64,000 bases of DNA from an uncultured Nitrospiraceae bacterium (GCA_963705105.1 CAVPIW010000009.1:160001-224000), one strand, 5' to 3'; counted from the first letter of the stretch, positions 19,934 through 31,101 are shown. Numbers and translations: made by a program. The notes: generated by a model from the letters alone, not told the origin.

Positions 19934-22900
19934 ATGCTCATGAAGCCGGAACATCGATTCTTCATCGCCATTGTGCTCGGGTCTGTCGCGGTACTTGCAC
20001 TGCTCGCTCACATCCTTCTGCCCGTTTTCATCGATTCCGATGCGCTCAAGAGTGCAATCGAGAAAGCCCTGCTCGGGGGGACCGCCGGGCAGGTCAGCTA
20101 CAGAAACCTCACCGTCGGCCTCCTCCCCTACCCGAACCTGTCCGTCACACGGGCGCGCATCAGCATCCCCGGTGAGGCCGAGGGATCGATCCAAAAGGTC
20201 ACCGTCGCCCCAAGAATTCTTCCCCTTCTGTCCGGAAAAATTCAAATACGCTCTCTGAGTCTTGACCGTCCTGTCTTCCGCGTCCATCTCCCCGAAGAGG
20301 ACGAGGAACCTCTGACGCGTGACGCCCTGGAGCGGAAGCTCCGCAATGTGCTCGGTCTCCTGTCCGCCAGAGTACCCCGCGCATCCCTCTCCATCTCCGG
20401 CGGAGACATTGAACTGTACAGGACGAAAAAACGGCTTGTCGCACTCCGTGACATGGATGCGGATCTCCGGTTACCGCCGGAATACCTAACCATACGCCTT
20501 TCGTGCAAACCTGAACCGTCAGGACAGGTCGTCCTGGATCTCCGGCTGAACGCGCAGGACCTGTCGGCGGAAGGGCACCTGTCGGCGACGGACATCCCCT
20601 ATCACGATATGTTGAAAGATCATCTCCCGTCAGGCCGTTGGAAGATCGGCAGGGCGACGGGAGACGTGGAGGTGAAATTCAGCTCAAAGGGCATGCAGGC
20701 CGTCACAGCGGTCATCACGGCAAAGAACCCTCACCTCGATCTGACAGGCGGTGAGGAGGGCGTGACGATACGCGGGATCATCCTCAGGAGCGCCGTTCAC
20801 GTCAGCGGTGACGATGTGTCGGTCACCGTTGATGAACTGGATCTTCAGGAACCGTCCCTCAGGGTTGCAGGGCGACTGATCTCCGATGCTCAGGGATCGC
20901 GCCTCGAACTGAACGGAGCGGACGTCGATGTGCAGGCTGTCCGGACCGCAGCGTTGTCCCTGGCGGCAGACGTGCCGGCGACGCAGAACATCTTCCGCAT
21001 CCTCAGGGGAGGACAGGTGCCGCGAATCAGCTTTAAGACCGACGGCCCTTCGATCTCCGCCCTGGGCGCGACGGAAAACATCTGGATCGAGGGGTCCCTG
21101 AGGAACGGGAAAATCTCCGTCCCCGACGCAAAGCTCGACATGGACGAGGTGAACGGAGAAGCCCTGATATCGGGCGGCATCCTGAAGGGAACGAAGCTGC
21201 GGGCCCGTCTCGGGACCGCCCTCGGCAGCGACGGGACACTTCGACTGGGACTCAAAGGTGAAGATGCCCCCTTCCATCTCGACATCCGCGTCGAGACCGG
21301 CATGACGGAACTGCATGCCCGCCTGATGCAGTTCGCCAGGGATCCGGCATTCAGGCAGGAACTGACCCTCATCAGACCTCTGTCGGGCAAAGTGCGGGGA
21401 AGGCTGATCCTCGGCGACAGCCTCCTGACGATGGAACCGGTTGTGCATGCGGAGGCATTTGATGTCGCCGCCGCATATGACCGTGTTCCCTATGCACTGG
21501 CGGCACAGGGAGACACAGTATCCTACACGGGCAAATCCCTGACCGTCGGAAACGTGAAGGCTTCGATCGGCAAGTCATCCTTCAGCGGCGTTTCAGCCAC
21601 CTTCGGTCTGAGCGGAAAGAAGGCCTTTTCCCTTTCGACGGGTCCCTCGTCCGTCAGTTGCTCCGAGATCTTCCGCTGGATTTCTGCAGAATGGGCGAAG
21701 GATCTTCCCGTGAAAAATCTGACCGGCAGGATCAGAATCGACGAGGGTCACGTTGAGGGGGAAATCGACACACCCGGGAAATGGCGCTATGATCTGAAGG
21801 GCACGGCCGAAGAGGTGACAGTCGACGCGGAGGACCTGCCCTCCGCCCTGACCCTTGTCAGCGGGGCGTTTCACGCCGACAATGCATCGCTCCGGTTTAC
21901 GGATGCAGCGATCCGCAGCGACGATTCCTCACTGAAACTGACGGGCCTCTTCAACGGTTACCGGGACGGGCTACAGGGCGTGGATATCAAAACAGAAGGG
22001 ACCCTGGGAGAGGAGTCGACGGCCTGGATCGAAAAGACCATCGGTATGCCGGCTGCGTTCCGTCTTCACGGGCCATTGACGTTCACGCCCAGCCGCATTG
22101 CATGGGAACGGGACGAGAGCGCGGTCTTTGACGGATCATTCGTTGTGAGGGGTGGTCCGCAGGTCAGGCTCGATGTCGCATGGCAACCGGAGCGCCTTGC
22201 CGTTAAGACACTCGCGATCCGTGACGGGCAATCCGATGCGCGCCTATCCGTCGATCACAGCGGGGATTCTCTCAATTTCTCCTTCGCGGGACTGCTCACC
22301 GGGAAAACCGTCGATGCCCTCCTGCAGGAAAACCCTTATCTCACGGGGAAGATCAAGGGAGACCTGAAAACCCGCATCCCCTGGGGAGACTACCAGTCCG
22401 CCTCGGTGACGGGGAAGATCGAGGGGGACGGCATCGTCCTTCCTGCGGGTAAGGACATCAGGACGTCCATCGACTCGATCGCCGCGGAGGGGTCCGGCGG
22501 GAGCATCTCCGTTTCTTCGGCAAGGATCACCGTGAACGAAAAACCGGTCTCCCTGAGCGGCAGCATCAGCGCTTCTGAAAGAGGGTTCGTCACCGACCTG
22601 GATGTTTCGACCCCCGCCATCAACTGGAAGGAAGTACAACACCTCTTTTCCGCGGAGAGAAATCAGGTGAACGCCTCCGGGGACAAGAGAACGAAAATCC
22701 CTCCCGTCCTCGGAACGGTGCGGTTCAGCACCGGCAGGGCGACCTTCGGCTGGCTCGATGTGGCCCCCCTGAAGGCATCGGTTTTCATGGATGAAGAGCA
22801 TACCCGCATCAGGACCGCTGAGGCTGTCGTCTGCGGACTCTCCGTCACCGGCGGCGCCGATGTCGGTTCCTCCGGGATCTCCTTCGACGCCGTCATCGAT

Positions 22901-23539
22901 GCAAAGGGCGCCGATCTCCACAGGACCGTCACCTGCCTCTCCAGGGAGAAGTCCGATATGATCGGCACATTCGATCTCTCGGCCCGCCTGAAAGGATCGG
23001 GCAAGGCCGATGAGCTGGCCCGTTCCCTGCGGGGTGACCTGATCTTCGAGACAAACAGGGGAAGGATCATCGCTTCACAGGTCCTGTCGCGCGTGCTGGC
23101 CCTTCTCAGCGTGACCGAGGTCTTCAGGGGCAGGATCCCCGGCCTGGGCGGCAATGGGCTGGAATATAACTCTTTCACAATAAGGGGCAACATCGGGGAC
23201 GGCAATCTCATTATCACGGAGGGAATCATGGACGGAAAAACGCTGGATATCGTCGGCACGGGGACGGTCGGTCTCGTGGAGGGCGACCTTGATATCCTGA
23301 TCCTGGCGGCGCCGCTCAAAACAGTCAACGCCGTCATCGATAAAATACCGATCATCAGGGAACTCCTCGGCGGGACGGTCCTGTCCGTCCCCATAAAGGT
23401 GACCGGCTCTTACGGAGACCCTCAAACCGCCCTCGCCCATCCCACAGCCGCGACGGGACTCGCCGGTCTCCTGATAAAGACCGTCACCCTGCCCGTCAAA
23501 ATTCTCGATCTCCTCACGCCGGACCGGAAATCCCCGTAA
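19934..23539 (+). CDS. AsmA/YhdP-like protein
   Basis: 1201 aa; N-terminal TM; beta-rich; C-terminal PLKTVNAVIDKIPII..LLGG...PIKVTG...DP. Confidence 0.8.
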   Translation: MLMKPEHRFFIAIVLGSVAVLALLAHILLPVFIDSDALKSAIEKALLGGTAGQVSYRNLTVGLLPYPNLSVTRARISIPGEAEGSIQKVTVAPRILPLLSGKIQIRSLSLDRPVFRVHLPEEDEEPLTRDALERKLRNVLGLLSARVPRASLSISGGDIELYRTKKRLVALRDMDADLRLPPEYLTIRLSCKPEPSGQVVLDLRLNAQDLSAEGHLSATDIPYHDMLKDHLPSGRWKIGRATGDVEVKFSSKGMQAVTAVITAKNPHLDLTGGEEGVTIRGIILRSAVHVSGDDVSVTVDELDLQEPSLRVAGRLISDAQGSRLELNGADVDVQAVRTAALSLAADVPATQNIFRILRGGQVPRISFKTDGPSISALGATENIWIEGSLRNGKISVPDAKLDMDEVNGEALISGGILKGTKLRARLGTALGSDGTLRLGLKGEDAPFHLDIRVETGMTELHARLMQFARDPAFRQELTLIRPLSGKVRGRLILGDSLLTMEPVVHAEAFDVAAAYDRVPYALAAQGDTVSYTGKSLTVGNVKASIGKSSFSGVSATFGLSGKKAFSLSTGPSSVSCSEIFRWISAEWAKDLPVKNLTGRIRIDEGHVEGEIDTPGKWRYDLKGTAEEVTVDAEDLPSALTLVSGAFHADNASLRFTDAAIRSDDSSLKLTGLFNGYRDGLQGVDIKTEGTLGEESTAWIEKTIGMPAAFRLHGPLTFTPSRIAWERDESAVFDGSFVVRGGPQVRLDVAWQPERLAVKTLAIRDGQSDARLSVDHSGDSLNFSFAGLLTGKTVDALLQENPYLTGKIKGDLKTRIPWGDYQSASVTGKIEGDGIVLPAGKDIRTSIDSIAAEGSGGSISVSSARITVNEKPVSLSGSISASERGFVTDLDVSTPAINWKEVQHLFSAERNQVNASGDKRTKIPPVLGTVRFSTGRATFGWLDVAPLKASVFMDEEHTRIRTAEAVVCGLSVTGGADVGSSGISFDAVIDAKGADLHRTVTCLSREKSDMIGTFDLSARLKGSGKADELARSLRGDLIFETNRGRIIASQVLSRVLALLSVTEVFRGRIPGLGGNGLEYNSFTIRGNIGDGNLIITEGIMDGKTLDIVGTGTVGLVEGDLDILILAAPLKTVNAVIDKIPIIRELLGGTVLSVPIKVTGSYGDPQTALAHPTAATGLAGLLIKTVTLPVKILDLLTPDRKSP

Positions 23540-23601
23540 CAAAATCACCATAATGACAGTGCCAGCGCGAGTGTCAATGTCGGTTCAATGAAAAAGACTT
23601 A

Positions 23602-23815
23602 ACCGTGTCGTTGCATAAGCCCACCGGAGAGGCGGGGCGTATGCGCCGAAAACCTTGCTGCGGCGACTCCTGTATCATAACGAAAGACGAGCTATACGCC
23701 AATGGTCGATGACACAAAGAGCGGAATCCTGAATGACGAACCTGACGAGGCTCATCGTCGCCTTCAGCAAGGCTTTGAGGCGCTTCGCGCCGCCTTTTCA
23801 TGCAACAGATAAAGT
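23602..23815 (+). repeat. Long-hairpin intergenic repeat, copy 3 (type A)
   Basis: Core plus GCCAATGGTCGATGACACAAAG...TCGTCGCCTTCAGCAAGGCTTTGAGGCG. Confidence 0.9.
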
Positions 23816-24143
23816 TAACCTGTCCGCCTGCACAACGAAGGCAGATGCGTGAAACGATAAGGGTTAAAGTGACTACCGGCAAAAGTGAATGATTATCCAT
23901 GCTCACGTAACACCCTGAATTTATGATATTGTTTCGGGCAAGCCGCTATCGGCCACAAGAAACATGTCCCGCGACCCATACAATCGCCCCATATCCGGCA
24001 GGGGGAGGAGAAGTTCACCAGGGACAGGTTCTTGCTCACATTTTCAGCCAGTTACGTCCTCACCGGAGTGTTTGGCATCTTTCTTGAATGGAAAGTCCCG
24101 TCTGAAGATCTGAAGACAATAGATCGAAGATCAGGGAGGTAAC

Positions 24144-25221
24144 ATGAGAAAAAGAGCATTCAGCATCCTTATTGTCCTGTGTCTTATCATGGGACTGGCC
24201 GGCAGCGCCTTCGCAGTCAGCAGCTATGTGACGCCCCTTTCGAACCTGTATGGCGTCAGCGCCTGCACCACCTGCCACACCTCTGTCCCGGCATTGAATG
24301 CCTACGGGCAGCAGTTCGCAGCAGTGCCCAATCACAGCGCAAACGCGACAGCGGCATTGACCCAGATCGGGCCGCCTCCGGGAGTAACACCACCACCGCC
24401 GCCGCCACCGGCAGCCTGCACCTATACATATTCTGCATGGGGCGCCTGTGACGCCGGAGGCACGCAGACAAGAACGGTGATCTCCTCGACACCGGCGGGA
24501 TGCACGGGCACTCCTGTGCTGAATCAGGCCTGTACACCACCGGCTCCGACGCCGACGCCGACGCCAACCCCGACGCCGACGCCAACGCCGACGCCAACCC
24601 CGACGCCGACGCCGACCCCAACACCGACCCCGACTCCTGCTCCTGAGCCTCCGCCCGTAGGCGCCAAGATGCTCGTGCCGACGCAGAAGGCGGTGTTCTT
24701 CCATTCGCCCGTCGTTGAGCCGCTTCTCAGTGACACCCCGAGCGCCGCGAAGCCCATAGGAATCGGGCCAGTAGCCATCAGGCGGCGACACACTGGAGAT
24801 CAGGCTCGGACTGGCCGACTTTGCGGGGCCTGTCGACATCTCCTTTGGGATCTATGCGCTTGCCGTCGATCCCATCGATGTCTTCTTCCTGGATAACCGG
24901 AAGAGCTTCAATCGCATTTCACGGAGCCTCCTCGAGGCCGCCCTCGATGTGAACACCGCCGCAAGGACAGGTGCAGGCAGAGAAGACGAAGATGATGATG
25001 GCGACGTTGATGAAGACGATGACGATGAGAAAGTGAAGAACGAAGCGCACAAGCGGATGGTGTGGATGTCCGGTGTCACATCTCTCGATGAGAGCATCTT
25101 CGGAGCGATACCGGTCGACAATCTGCCCGAAGGGCTCTACACACTGTTGCTCAAGGTGTCGCCTGCAGGCAGGCAGAACGCCTATTACCTTTGGGCTACG
25201 GCCTTTGTGATCAACAAGTGA
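24144..25221 (+). pseudogene. Secreted c-type cytochrome-domain protein with Cys-rich segment and (PT)n linker, frameshifted near 24780
   Basis: Signal peptide, [24 protein letters not shown] repeat; a +1 shift at 24780 gives [11 protein letters not shown]... in frame with ORF 24949-25221. Confidence 0.7.
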
Positions 25222-25239
25222 AGAGACAGTAAAGATTGG

Positions 25240-25277
25240 AACAGCAGAGAGGGGGCCCCAGGGCCCCCTCTCTGTTT
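25240..25277 (+). terminator. Rho-independent terminator
   Basis: CAGAGAGGGGGCCC...GGGCCCCCTCTCTG followed by TTT. Confidence 0.65.
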
Positions 25278-25343
25278 GTGACCCCAGGGCTCTATCGCTA
25301 TTTCAACTGCCGGGATTCAACCGGATCAAGTACCCCACACGTT

Positions 25344-25531
25344 ACCTTATCGTTGCAATACACGCCCGGGAAATGCGGGGCGTATGCGGCGAAAACCTTG
25401 CTGCGGCGACACCTTAACCGTCCCATGAGAATCATTTCAGGCCGACGGTTAAAGAAGTGAATCTTATACTGACACTCACACTGACACTGTTTTTCAGAGC
25501 GCTTCGCCCCGCATTTCCATGCAACAAGGGT
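25344..25531 (+). repeat. Long-hairpin intergenic repeat, copy 4 (type B)
   Basis: Core present; stem AAATGCGGGG/CCCCGCATTT carries a compensatory change. Confidence 0.92.
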
Positions 25532-25539
25532 TATTCAGT

Positions 25540-27264
25540 TCACGCATCCGGAGAGTCCTTCCGCCCCTCATTCTCGGGCTTTACGCCTTCCTTCTCCAGC
25601 CTCTCCGCAGGCGCGTCGAACCAGTGTTCCTTCGGGACGAAGGTGGCCTTGCTCCGATCAGCCTCATAGTGCGGCGACATGATCTGGACGCCGTACTCAT
25701 TGAAGGCGTCCTGGATGTTCTTGTGAAGAGCGGAATAGAGACGATTCATTCCTTCGGTCTTGTCGGTGTAGACGTTGAGCTCGTATGACACAAAAAAGTC
25801 GTCGAGCGATGTCTGGAGGACGAAGGGCTCCGGCTGCCTCAGCAGGCCCGGTGTCCGGTCCGCCGCCAGCAGCAGCAGGCCATGCACCTGACGCCACGGA
25901 GTGTCGTAGCCGATGGTGACGGAGGTGTGGAGGATGAGCCCCTTCTCCTTCGCCAGGGTGCTGTAATTGATCACGGCGCTGTTCAGGATGACGCCGTTCG
26001 GCACGGCGACCTCCTCGTTCTTGACGGTCCGCAGGCGCGTGACGGCCATCTTCATTTCCGTCACATCGCCGACGATGTCGCCGATCTTCACCCTGTCGCC
26101 GATCTTGAAGACCCTCCGGTACGTCAGCGCAACGCCTGCAATGACATTGGCGATCGCCGACTGGGACCCCAGAGAGAACAGAATGCCGACGAATATCGAT
26201 ATGCCCTTGAATGCAGGGGTATCCGAACCGGGTATATAGGGAAAGGCGATGACGGCGACGAAGGCGAGGACGACGAAACGGGCAAGCCTGTATGTCTGCT
26301 GCGCCCATTCGGGATAGAACCCCGCGATTGTGATGGTCCCCTTCTCGACGCCGGAAAAGAAGATCTGCATGAGCTTAAAGACATACCGCGTGATGACGAT
26401 GAGGACGGCCAGGAATATGACGTTCGGGATATGGGCGAGGATGCCGTTGCCGATCACCTTCAGCGGGATGAGCACATATCCGAGAAGTTTTGCCGAAATA
26501 GGCCTCGTCCACGGAAAGAAGCTCAGAACGGTATTGAGGAATACATACACGGCAAGGACGATCAGGGTTATGCGGATCAGGCGGACAGCCGATACGAGAA
26601 GCTCTGCGAGTCGTTCCGCCTGCACGAGTTCGAGGGATTTGATATGGATCGAGCCGATCCTTGCCTTGTACCTGGTTTCGATGACACTATCGATCTTTCT
26701 GAAGAGCTTCCTTATGACAACGATGGCAGCAAAGAGAACCAGGGCCGCAATGACTGTATAGAGCGCGCCGTAGAGGATGCTTTCACGACTGTAGGATTTC
26801 CTGTAATTATCGACTGCGCTCCTGATCTTCTGCGCGTATTCCAACGCGAGATCGGGCCTCGCACGGCCAACTGCACGGGCATCCCCGTCTGTGACAGCGA
26901 GGACGTGCTTGTCTCCAAACAAAATATCACTGCTGATATCGGACTCTTCGATGATGATTGCGCCGGGATCGAGTGTATAGTCTTCGGCATACCTGTGCAG
27001 GCGCTTGCCGATCTCCTTTGCGCGTTCCTCGGGCGTGTACCCCTTTATGCCGCTGTAAATGAGCAGGACTTCCCTGTCCTCGAGTATGACAGGCACACCT
27101 TTTGTTTTTTCCTCCTCCCGCGGCTGTGCAGTCACATCTTTCTGGGGGGCATACCTTCTTGCGGCCTCAAGGGGCCCATGAGGGACAGCCGTCACTATGA
27201 TACAGACGATCAGAACCCGCAACAGGACCGCACTCGCTACAGACATCCATTCTGTCGTTCTCAT
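25540..27264 (-). CDS. MscS-family mechanosensitive channel
   Basis: SLGSQSAIANVIAG, FKIGDRVKIG..GDV, VPNG..INYS, VTIGYDTPW, IQDAFNEYGVQIMSPHY. Confidence 0.9.
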   Translation of the reverse strand: MRTTEWMSVASAVLLRVLIVCIIVTAVPHGPLEAARRYAPQKDVTAQPREEEKTKGVPVILEDREVLLIYSGIKGYTPEERAKEIGKRLHRYAEDYTLDPGAIIIEESDISSDILFGDKHVLAVTDGDARAVGRARPDLALEYAQKIRSAVDNYRKSYSRESILYGALYTVIAALVLFAAIVVIRKLFRKIDSVIETRYKARIGSIHIKSLELVQAERLAELLVSAVRLIRITLIVLAVYVFLNTVLSFFPWTRPISAKLLGYVLIPLKVIGNGILAHIPNVIFLAVLIVITRYVFKLMQIFFSGVEKGTITIAGFYPEWAQQTYRLARFVVLAFVAVIAFPYIPGSDTPAFKGISIFVGILFSLGSQSAIANVIAGVALTYRRVFKIGDRVKIGDIVGDVTEMKMAVTRLRTVKNEEVAVPNGVILNSAVINYSTLAKEKGLILHTSVTIGYDTPWRQVHGLLLLAADRTPGLLRQPEPFVLQTSLDDFFVSYELNVYTDKTEGMNRLYSALHKNIQDAFNEYGVQIMSPHYEADRSKATFVPKEHWFDAPAERLEKEGVKPENEGRKDSPDA

Positions 27265-27384
27265 CACGATCCTCCTTCGCCGGCGTGTGTCCGTCATTAT
27301 ACCCAAACCTTCATCCTGCAGGGAACAAAGAAGAAATCAATGAAAGACAATTTTCTGGTGAAGACGCCAATTTGAGTCCCTATC

Positions 27385-27444
27385 TGTCATCCCGGCTCGT
27401 CCGGGATCCCTCTTAAAGAAAGATTCCCGACAAGCGGGAATGAC
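27385..27444 (+). repeat. REP-like double-hairpin element
   Basis: TGTCATCCCGG...CCGGGAT...ATTCCCG..AAGCGGGAATGAC; a reverse-complement relative lies at 31246-31306. Confidence 0.7.
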
Positions 27445-27625
27445 GTGAAAGGGAGAGGGCACCAAAATATGGCTACCGGCTCCTTCAACGACACTGTCAC
27501 TGACACTATTATTCATCTGATATAATGGACGAGCGGAAAGGGGAATAAAGGCTTTGCGTGAGAAAGCAGTTTATGCAGTGGCATGGTATGCAACTCCACG
27601 AGGACTATGACGCAAGGAGGGGAAC

Positions 27626-30367
27626 ATGACGCAGGGCGAACAGGGAGCGGAACGGAAGAGGCTCGCTGAATCGTCGGACAGGGAGGTGCCCTGGAAGATG
27701 TGGGGCCCCTATCTGAGCGAGCGCCAGTGGGGAACGGTCAGGGAAGATTACAGCGACAACGGTGACGCCTGGAATTACTTCACCCATGACCAGGCGCGGT
27801 CCCGTGCCTACCGCTGGGGAGAGGACGGCATCGCCGGCATCTCCGACGACAAACAGCAGCTCTGCTTCGCCCTCACCCTCTGGAACGGCAGGGACCCCAT
27901 CCTGAAGGAGCGGCTTTTCGGCCTCACCAATACCGAGGGGAACCACGGCGAGGATGTGAAGGAATGCTATTTCCACCTCGACAGCACACCGACCCACTCG
28001 TACATGAAATACCTCTACAAGTATCCCCAGGCCGCCTTCCCCTATGACGACCTCGTCCGCGTCAACCGCGGCAGGACGCGCCTCCAGATGGAATACGAAC
28101 TTATCGACACGGGGGTTTTCGATGACGACCGCTACTTCGACGTCTTCATTGAATACGCGAAGGAATCGCCCGAAAACATCCTCATCCGTATCACCGCCGT
28201 CAACAGGGGACCCGACCCGGCGGCACTGCGCCTGCTTCCCACGCTCTGGTTCCGGAACACCTGGCACCGCACACCCTATGCCGAACCGCCCGTCCTGACC
28301 GGTCTCAGGGGGATCAGGGGAGGCCAGGCGGTCTCGGCTCGACACCCCCGCCTGGGAGAGCGGTTTTTCTACTGCGAGGTGGCGGATTCGCTGCTCTTCA
28401 CGGACAACGAGACGAACAACGCCCGCCTCTTCGGGACACTCAACACTTCGCAATATGTCAAGGACGGGATCAACGACTTCATCATCAGAGGGAATGAAAA
28501 AACGGTCAACCCCGACAAGACGGGCACGAAATCATCGGCCCTGTACCTCCGTGAAATCGCTGCCGGTGAAAAGTTGGTAGTGCGCCTTCGCCTCAGCGAC
28601 AGGTCATATCATGAGAGAGATGAAGACCCCTTCGGCGCCGCCTTCGACGACCTGTTCCCGCTCAGGATCGCTGAGGCGGACGAGTTTTACCGGTCCCTCA
28701 CGCCTCCCTCATTGAGTGACGACGCCGCGCAGGTTATGCGGCAGGCCCTGGCGGGCATGCTCTGGACCAAGCAGTATTATTATTTCGACCTCGACATATG
28801 GCTCGAAGAGCACGACGCAAACCCCCTTGCCGGAGGCAGGCATCCGAACATCCGGAACAGGCAATGGTTCCACATGATGAACGACGACATCATCTCCATG
28901 CCCGACAAATGGGAATACCCCTGGTATGCCGCCTGGGACCTCGCCTTCCACAGCATCGCGCTCAACATCGTTGACCATGACTTCGCCCGCGAGCAGCTTG
29001 ACCTGATGCTCCGGGACCTCTACCTCCACCCGAGCGGACAGATTCCCGCCTATGAGTGGAACTTCGGCGACGTCAACCCACCCGTGCATGCCTTTGCGAC
29101 GCTCGTGAACTACTTCGTGGACAAGGAAAGGTCCGGCATCGGAGACGTCAATTTTCTCAAGAGCGCCTTTCAGAAACTGCTCATGAATTTCACATGGTGG
29201 GTGAACCGGAAAGATCCCGAGGGCAGGAACATCTTCAACGGCGGTTTCCTCGGTCTCGACAACATCGGCGTGTTCGACAGGAGCGCACCCCTGCCGACGG
29301 GCGGCCGCCTCGAGCAGGCCGACGGGACGGCATGGATGGCCATATTCTGCCAGAACATGTTCGAGATCGCCCTCGAGCTTGCCGTCCACGAACCTTTCCA
29401 TGAAGACATGGCCCTGAAATTCCTCGAGCACTTCCTCATCATCGCCGGGGCAATGGACAGGGTCGGCATTCACGGCGACGAACTCTGGGACGAGGAGGAC
29501 GGGTTCTATTACGACGTGCTCCGCATGCCCGACGGCACGGCGCACCGCATCAAGGTGCGGTCCCTGGTGGGCCTCCTGCCCCTCTGCGCAACAACAGTCG
29601 TATCGGCAGACATCGCCGAGCGGTTTCCCCGTCTCGCCGAGCGGGTCAAACATTTCATCACCAGGCACCCCGAGCTCACGGCGAACATCGCAAAGCTGGG
29701 CCGCAAAGGTGTGAAAGGCCGGCGCCTCATCGCCGTTCTCAATGAAGAAAAGCTGCGCCGTGTCCTCGCGCTCATGCTCGATGAAAACAAGTTCCTGAGC
29801 CGATACGGGATACGGTCGCTGTCACGGCATCATCTCGACAATCCCTTCACCTTTGACGTGCAAGGTCAGAGGTATGAAGTCCGGTACCTCCCGGCGGAGT
29901 CCGACACGGGCATGTTCGGCGGCAACTCCAATTGGCGCGGCCCCATCTGGTTTCCCGTGAACATCCTCATCCTCCGGGCCCTCATGCAGTTCTATTCATT
30001 TTACGGAGATGACTTCAAGGTTGAGTGTCCCACCGGGTCAGGCAGGATGATGACGCTTTTCGAAGTGACCAGGGAGATCACGACGAGGCTCGTCAGCATC
30101 TTCGTCCGCGATGAAACGGGGAGAAGGGCGGTGTACGGAGGAACAGCGAAATTCCAGACCGACCCGCACTGGCGTGATTGCATCCTCTTCTACGAGTACT
30201 TTCATGGCGACAACGGCGCAGGCCTCGGTGCGAGCCACCAGACCGGATGGACCGGTACGGTGGCTCGCCTGATCCAGATGCTCGGCTCCCTCGACGCAAA
30301 GGCGGTGCTGGAAGGCGGGTTCCGGCCCGGAACGGGGATGTTCAGACGCGACACGGAAGGGCAGTAG
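27626..30367 (+). CDS. GH63-like (MGH1) glucosidase
   Basis: WGPYLSERQWGTVREDYS, SMPDKWEYPWYAAWDLAFH, GGFLGLDNIG, EYFHGDNGAGLGASHQTGWT. Confidence 0.92.
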   Translation: MTQGEQGAERKRLAESSDREVPWKMWGPYLSERQWGTVREDYSDNGDAWNYFTHDQARSRAYRWGEDGIAGISDDKQQLCFALTLWNGRDPILKERLFGLTNTEGNHGEDVKECYFHLDSTPTHSYMKYLYKYPQAAFPYDDLVRVNRGRTRLQMEYELIDTGVFDDDRYFDVFIEYAKESPENILIRITAVNRGPDPAALRLLPTLWFRNTWHRTPYAEPPVLTGLRGIRGGQAVSARHPRLGERFFYCEVADSLLFTDNETNNARLFGTLNTSQYVKDGINDFIIRGNEKTVNPDKTGTKSSALYLREIAAGEKLVVRLRLSDRSYHERDEDPFGAAFDDLFPLRIAEADEFYRSLTPPSLSDDAAQVMRQALAGMLWTKQYYYFDLDIWLEEHDANPLAGGRHPNIRNRQWFHMMNDDIISMPDKWEYPWYAAWDLAFHSIALNIVDHDFAREQLDLMLRDLYLHPSGQIPAYEWNFGDVNPPVHAFATLVNYFVDKERSGIGDVNFLKSAFQKLLMNFTWWVNRKDPEGRNIFNGGFLGLDNIGVFDRSAPLPTGGRLEQADGTAWMAIFCQNMFEIALELAVHEPFHEDMALKFLEHFLIIAGAMDRVGIHGDELWDEEDGFYYDVLRMPDGTAHRIKVRSLVGLLPLCATTVVSADIAERFPRLAERVKHFITRHPELTANIAKLGRKGVKGRRLIAVLNEEKLRRVLALMLDENKFLSRYGIRSLSRHHLDNPFTFDVQGQRYEVRYLPAESDTGMFGGNSNWRGPIWFPVNILILRALMQFYSFYGDDFKVECPTGSGRMMTLFEVTREITTRLVSIFVRDETGRRAVYGGTAKFQTDPHWRDCILFYEYFHGDNGAGLGASHQTGWTGTVARLIQMLGSLDAKAVLEGGFRPGTGMFRRDTEGQ

Positions 30368-30374
30368 ACGGCAG

Positions 30375-30575
30375 TCAGTGCGTTGCAGTGAATGAAGAGG
30401 CGGGGCGAAGCGCTCTGAAAAACAGTGTCAGTGTGAGTGTCAGTAAAAAGGCTCACTTTTTCGACCATCGGCCTGAAACGCAGTCTTTATCCCGCCAAAG
30501 GTGTCGCCGCACCAAGGTTTTCGGCGCATTCACCCCAGCCCCGCCTTTCCGGGGGCTCTGCTTCAACGATAAGGA
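30375..30575 (-). repeat. Long-hairpin intergenic repeat, copy 5 (type B, close to copy 1)
   Basis: Inner sequence nearly identical to 12701-12898. Confidence 0.9.
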
Positions 30576-30579
30576 GTAG

Positions 30580-31101
30580 TCAGTCCCGAATCGTCACCAT
30601 GATCCTCTCGCTCACGGGTTGTCCGTCCACGCGGAGGGAAAGACCGATGCCGTTATCGCCCTTCGGGATGAGCCCGCAGTTGATGCCCTTCTTCCCGGGC
30701 CTGACGCTTTCCTCTCCGATGGGCGCATAGCTTATGAGTTTGGCGGGGCAGATGTTCCTGGAGAGCGATTTCCCGGCCTCGATGATGTCGTTGGGTATGG
30801 TCTTGCTCTTGATGCTCTTGGGGTCGATTTTCTCGTAATAAAAGAGCCCCTTCGTCTTTCCATCATGGATGTACCGTGTCTTGTTCCAGTCGATTTCGAC
30901 GGATTTTGCGGACTTATTGGTCACGGTCAGCCGGAATCCGTCGAAGATGGTCTCATCGCTCTTCGTCGGCTCGAACTCGATGGTGTAGGACGGCTTGTCG
31001 ATCTTTCCGATTTCGGGCGAGCTCGTCCAGGTTTTCGACTTCGCATAGACGGGAATGATCGTGAGGAAGACGCACAGCGTGCAGGCCATCAACGTTCTCA
31101 T
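30580..31101 (-). CDS. Hypothetical exported protein
   Basis: Signal peptide ending VYA; RBS GAGGA; uninterrupted ORF. Confidence 0.7.
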   Translation of the reverse strand: MRTLMACTLCVFLTIIPVYAKSKTWTSSPEIGKIDKPSYTIEFEPTKSDETIFDGFRLTVTNKSAKSVEIDWNKTRYIHDGKTKGLFYYEKIDPKSIKSKTIPNDIIEAGKSLSRNICPAKLISYAPIGEESVRPGKKGINCGLIPKGDNGIGLSLRVDGQPVSERIMVTIRD

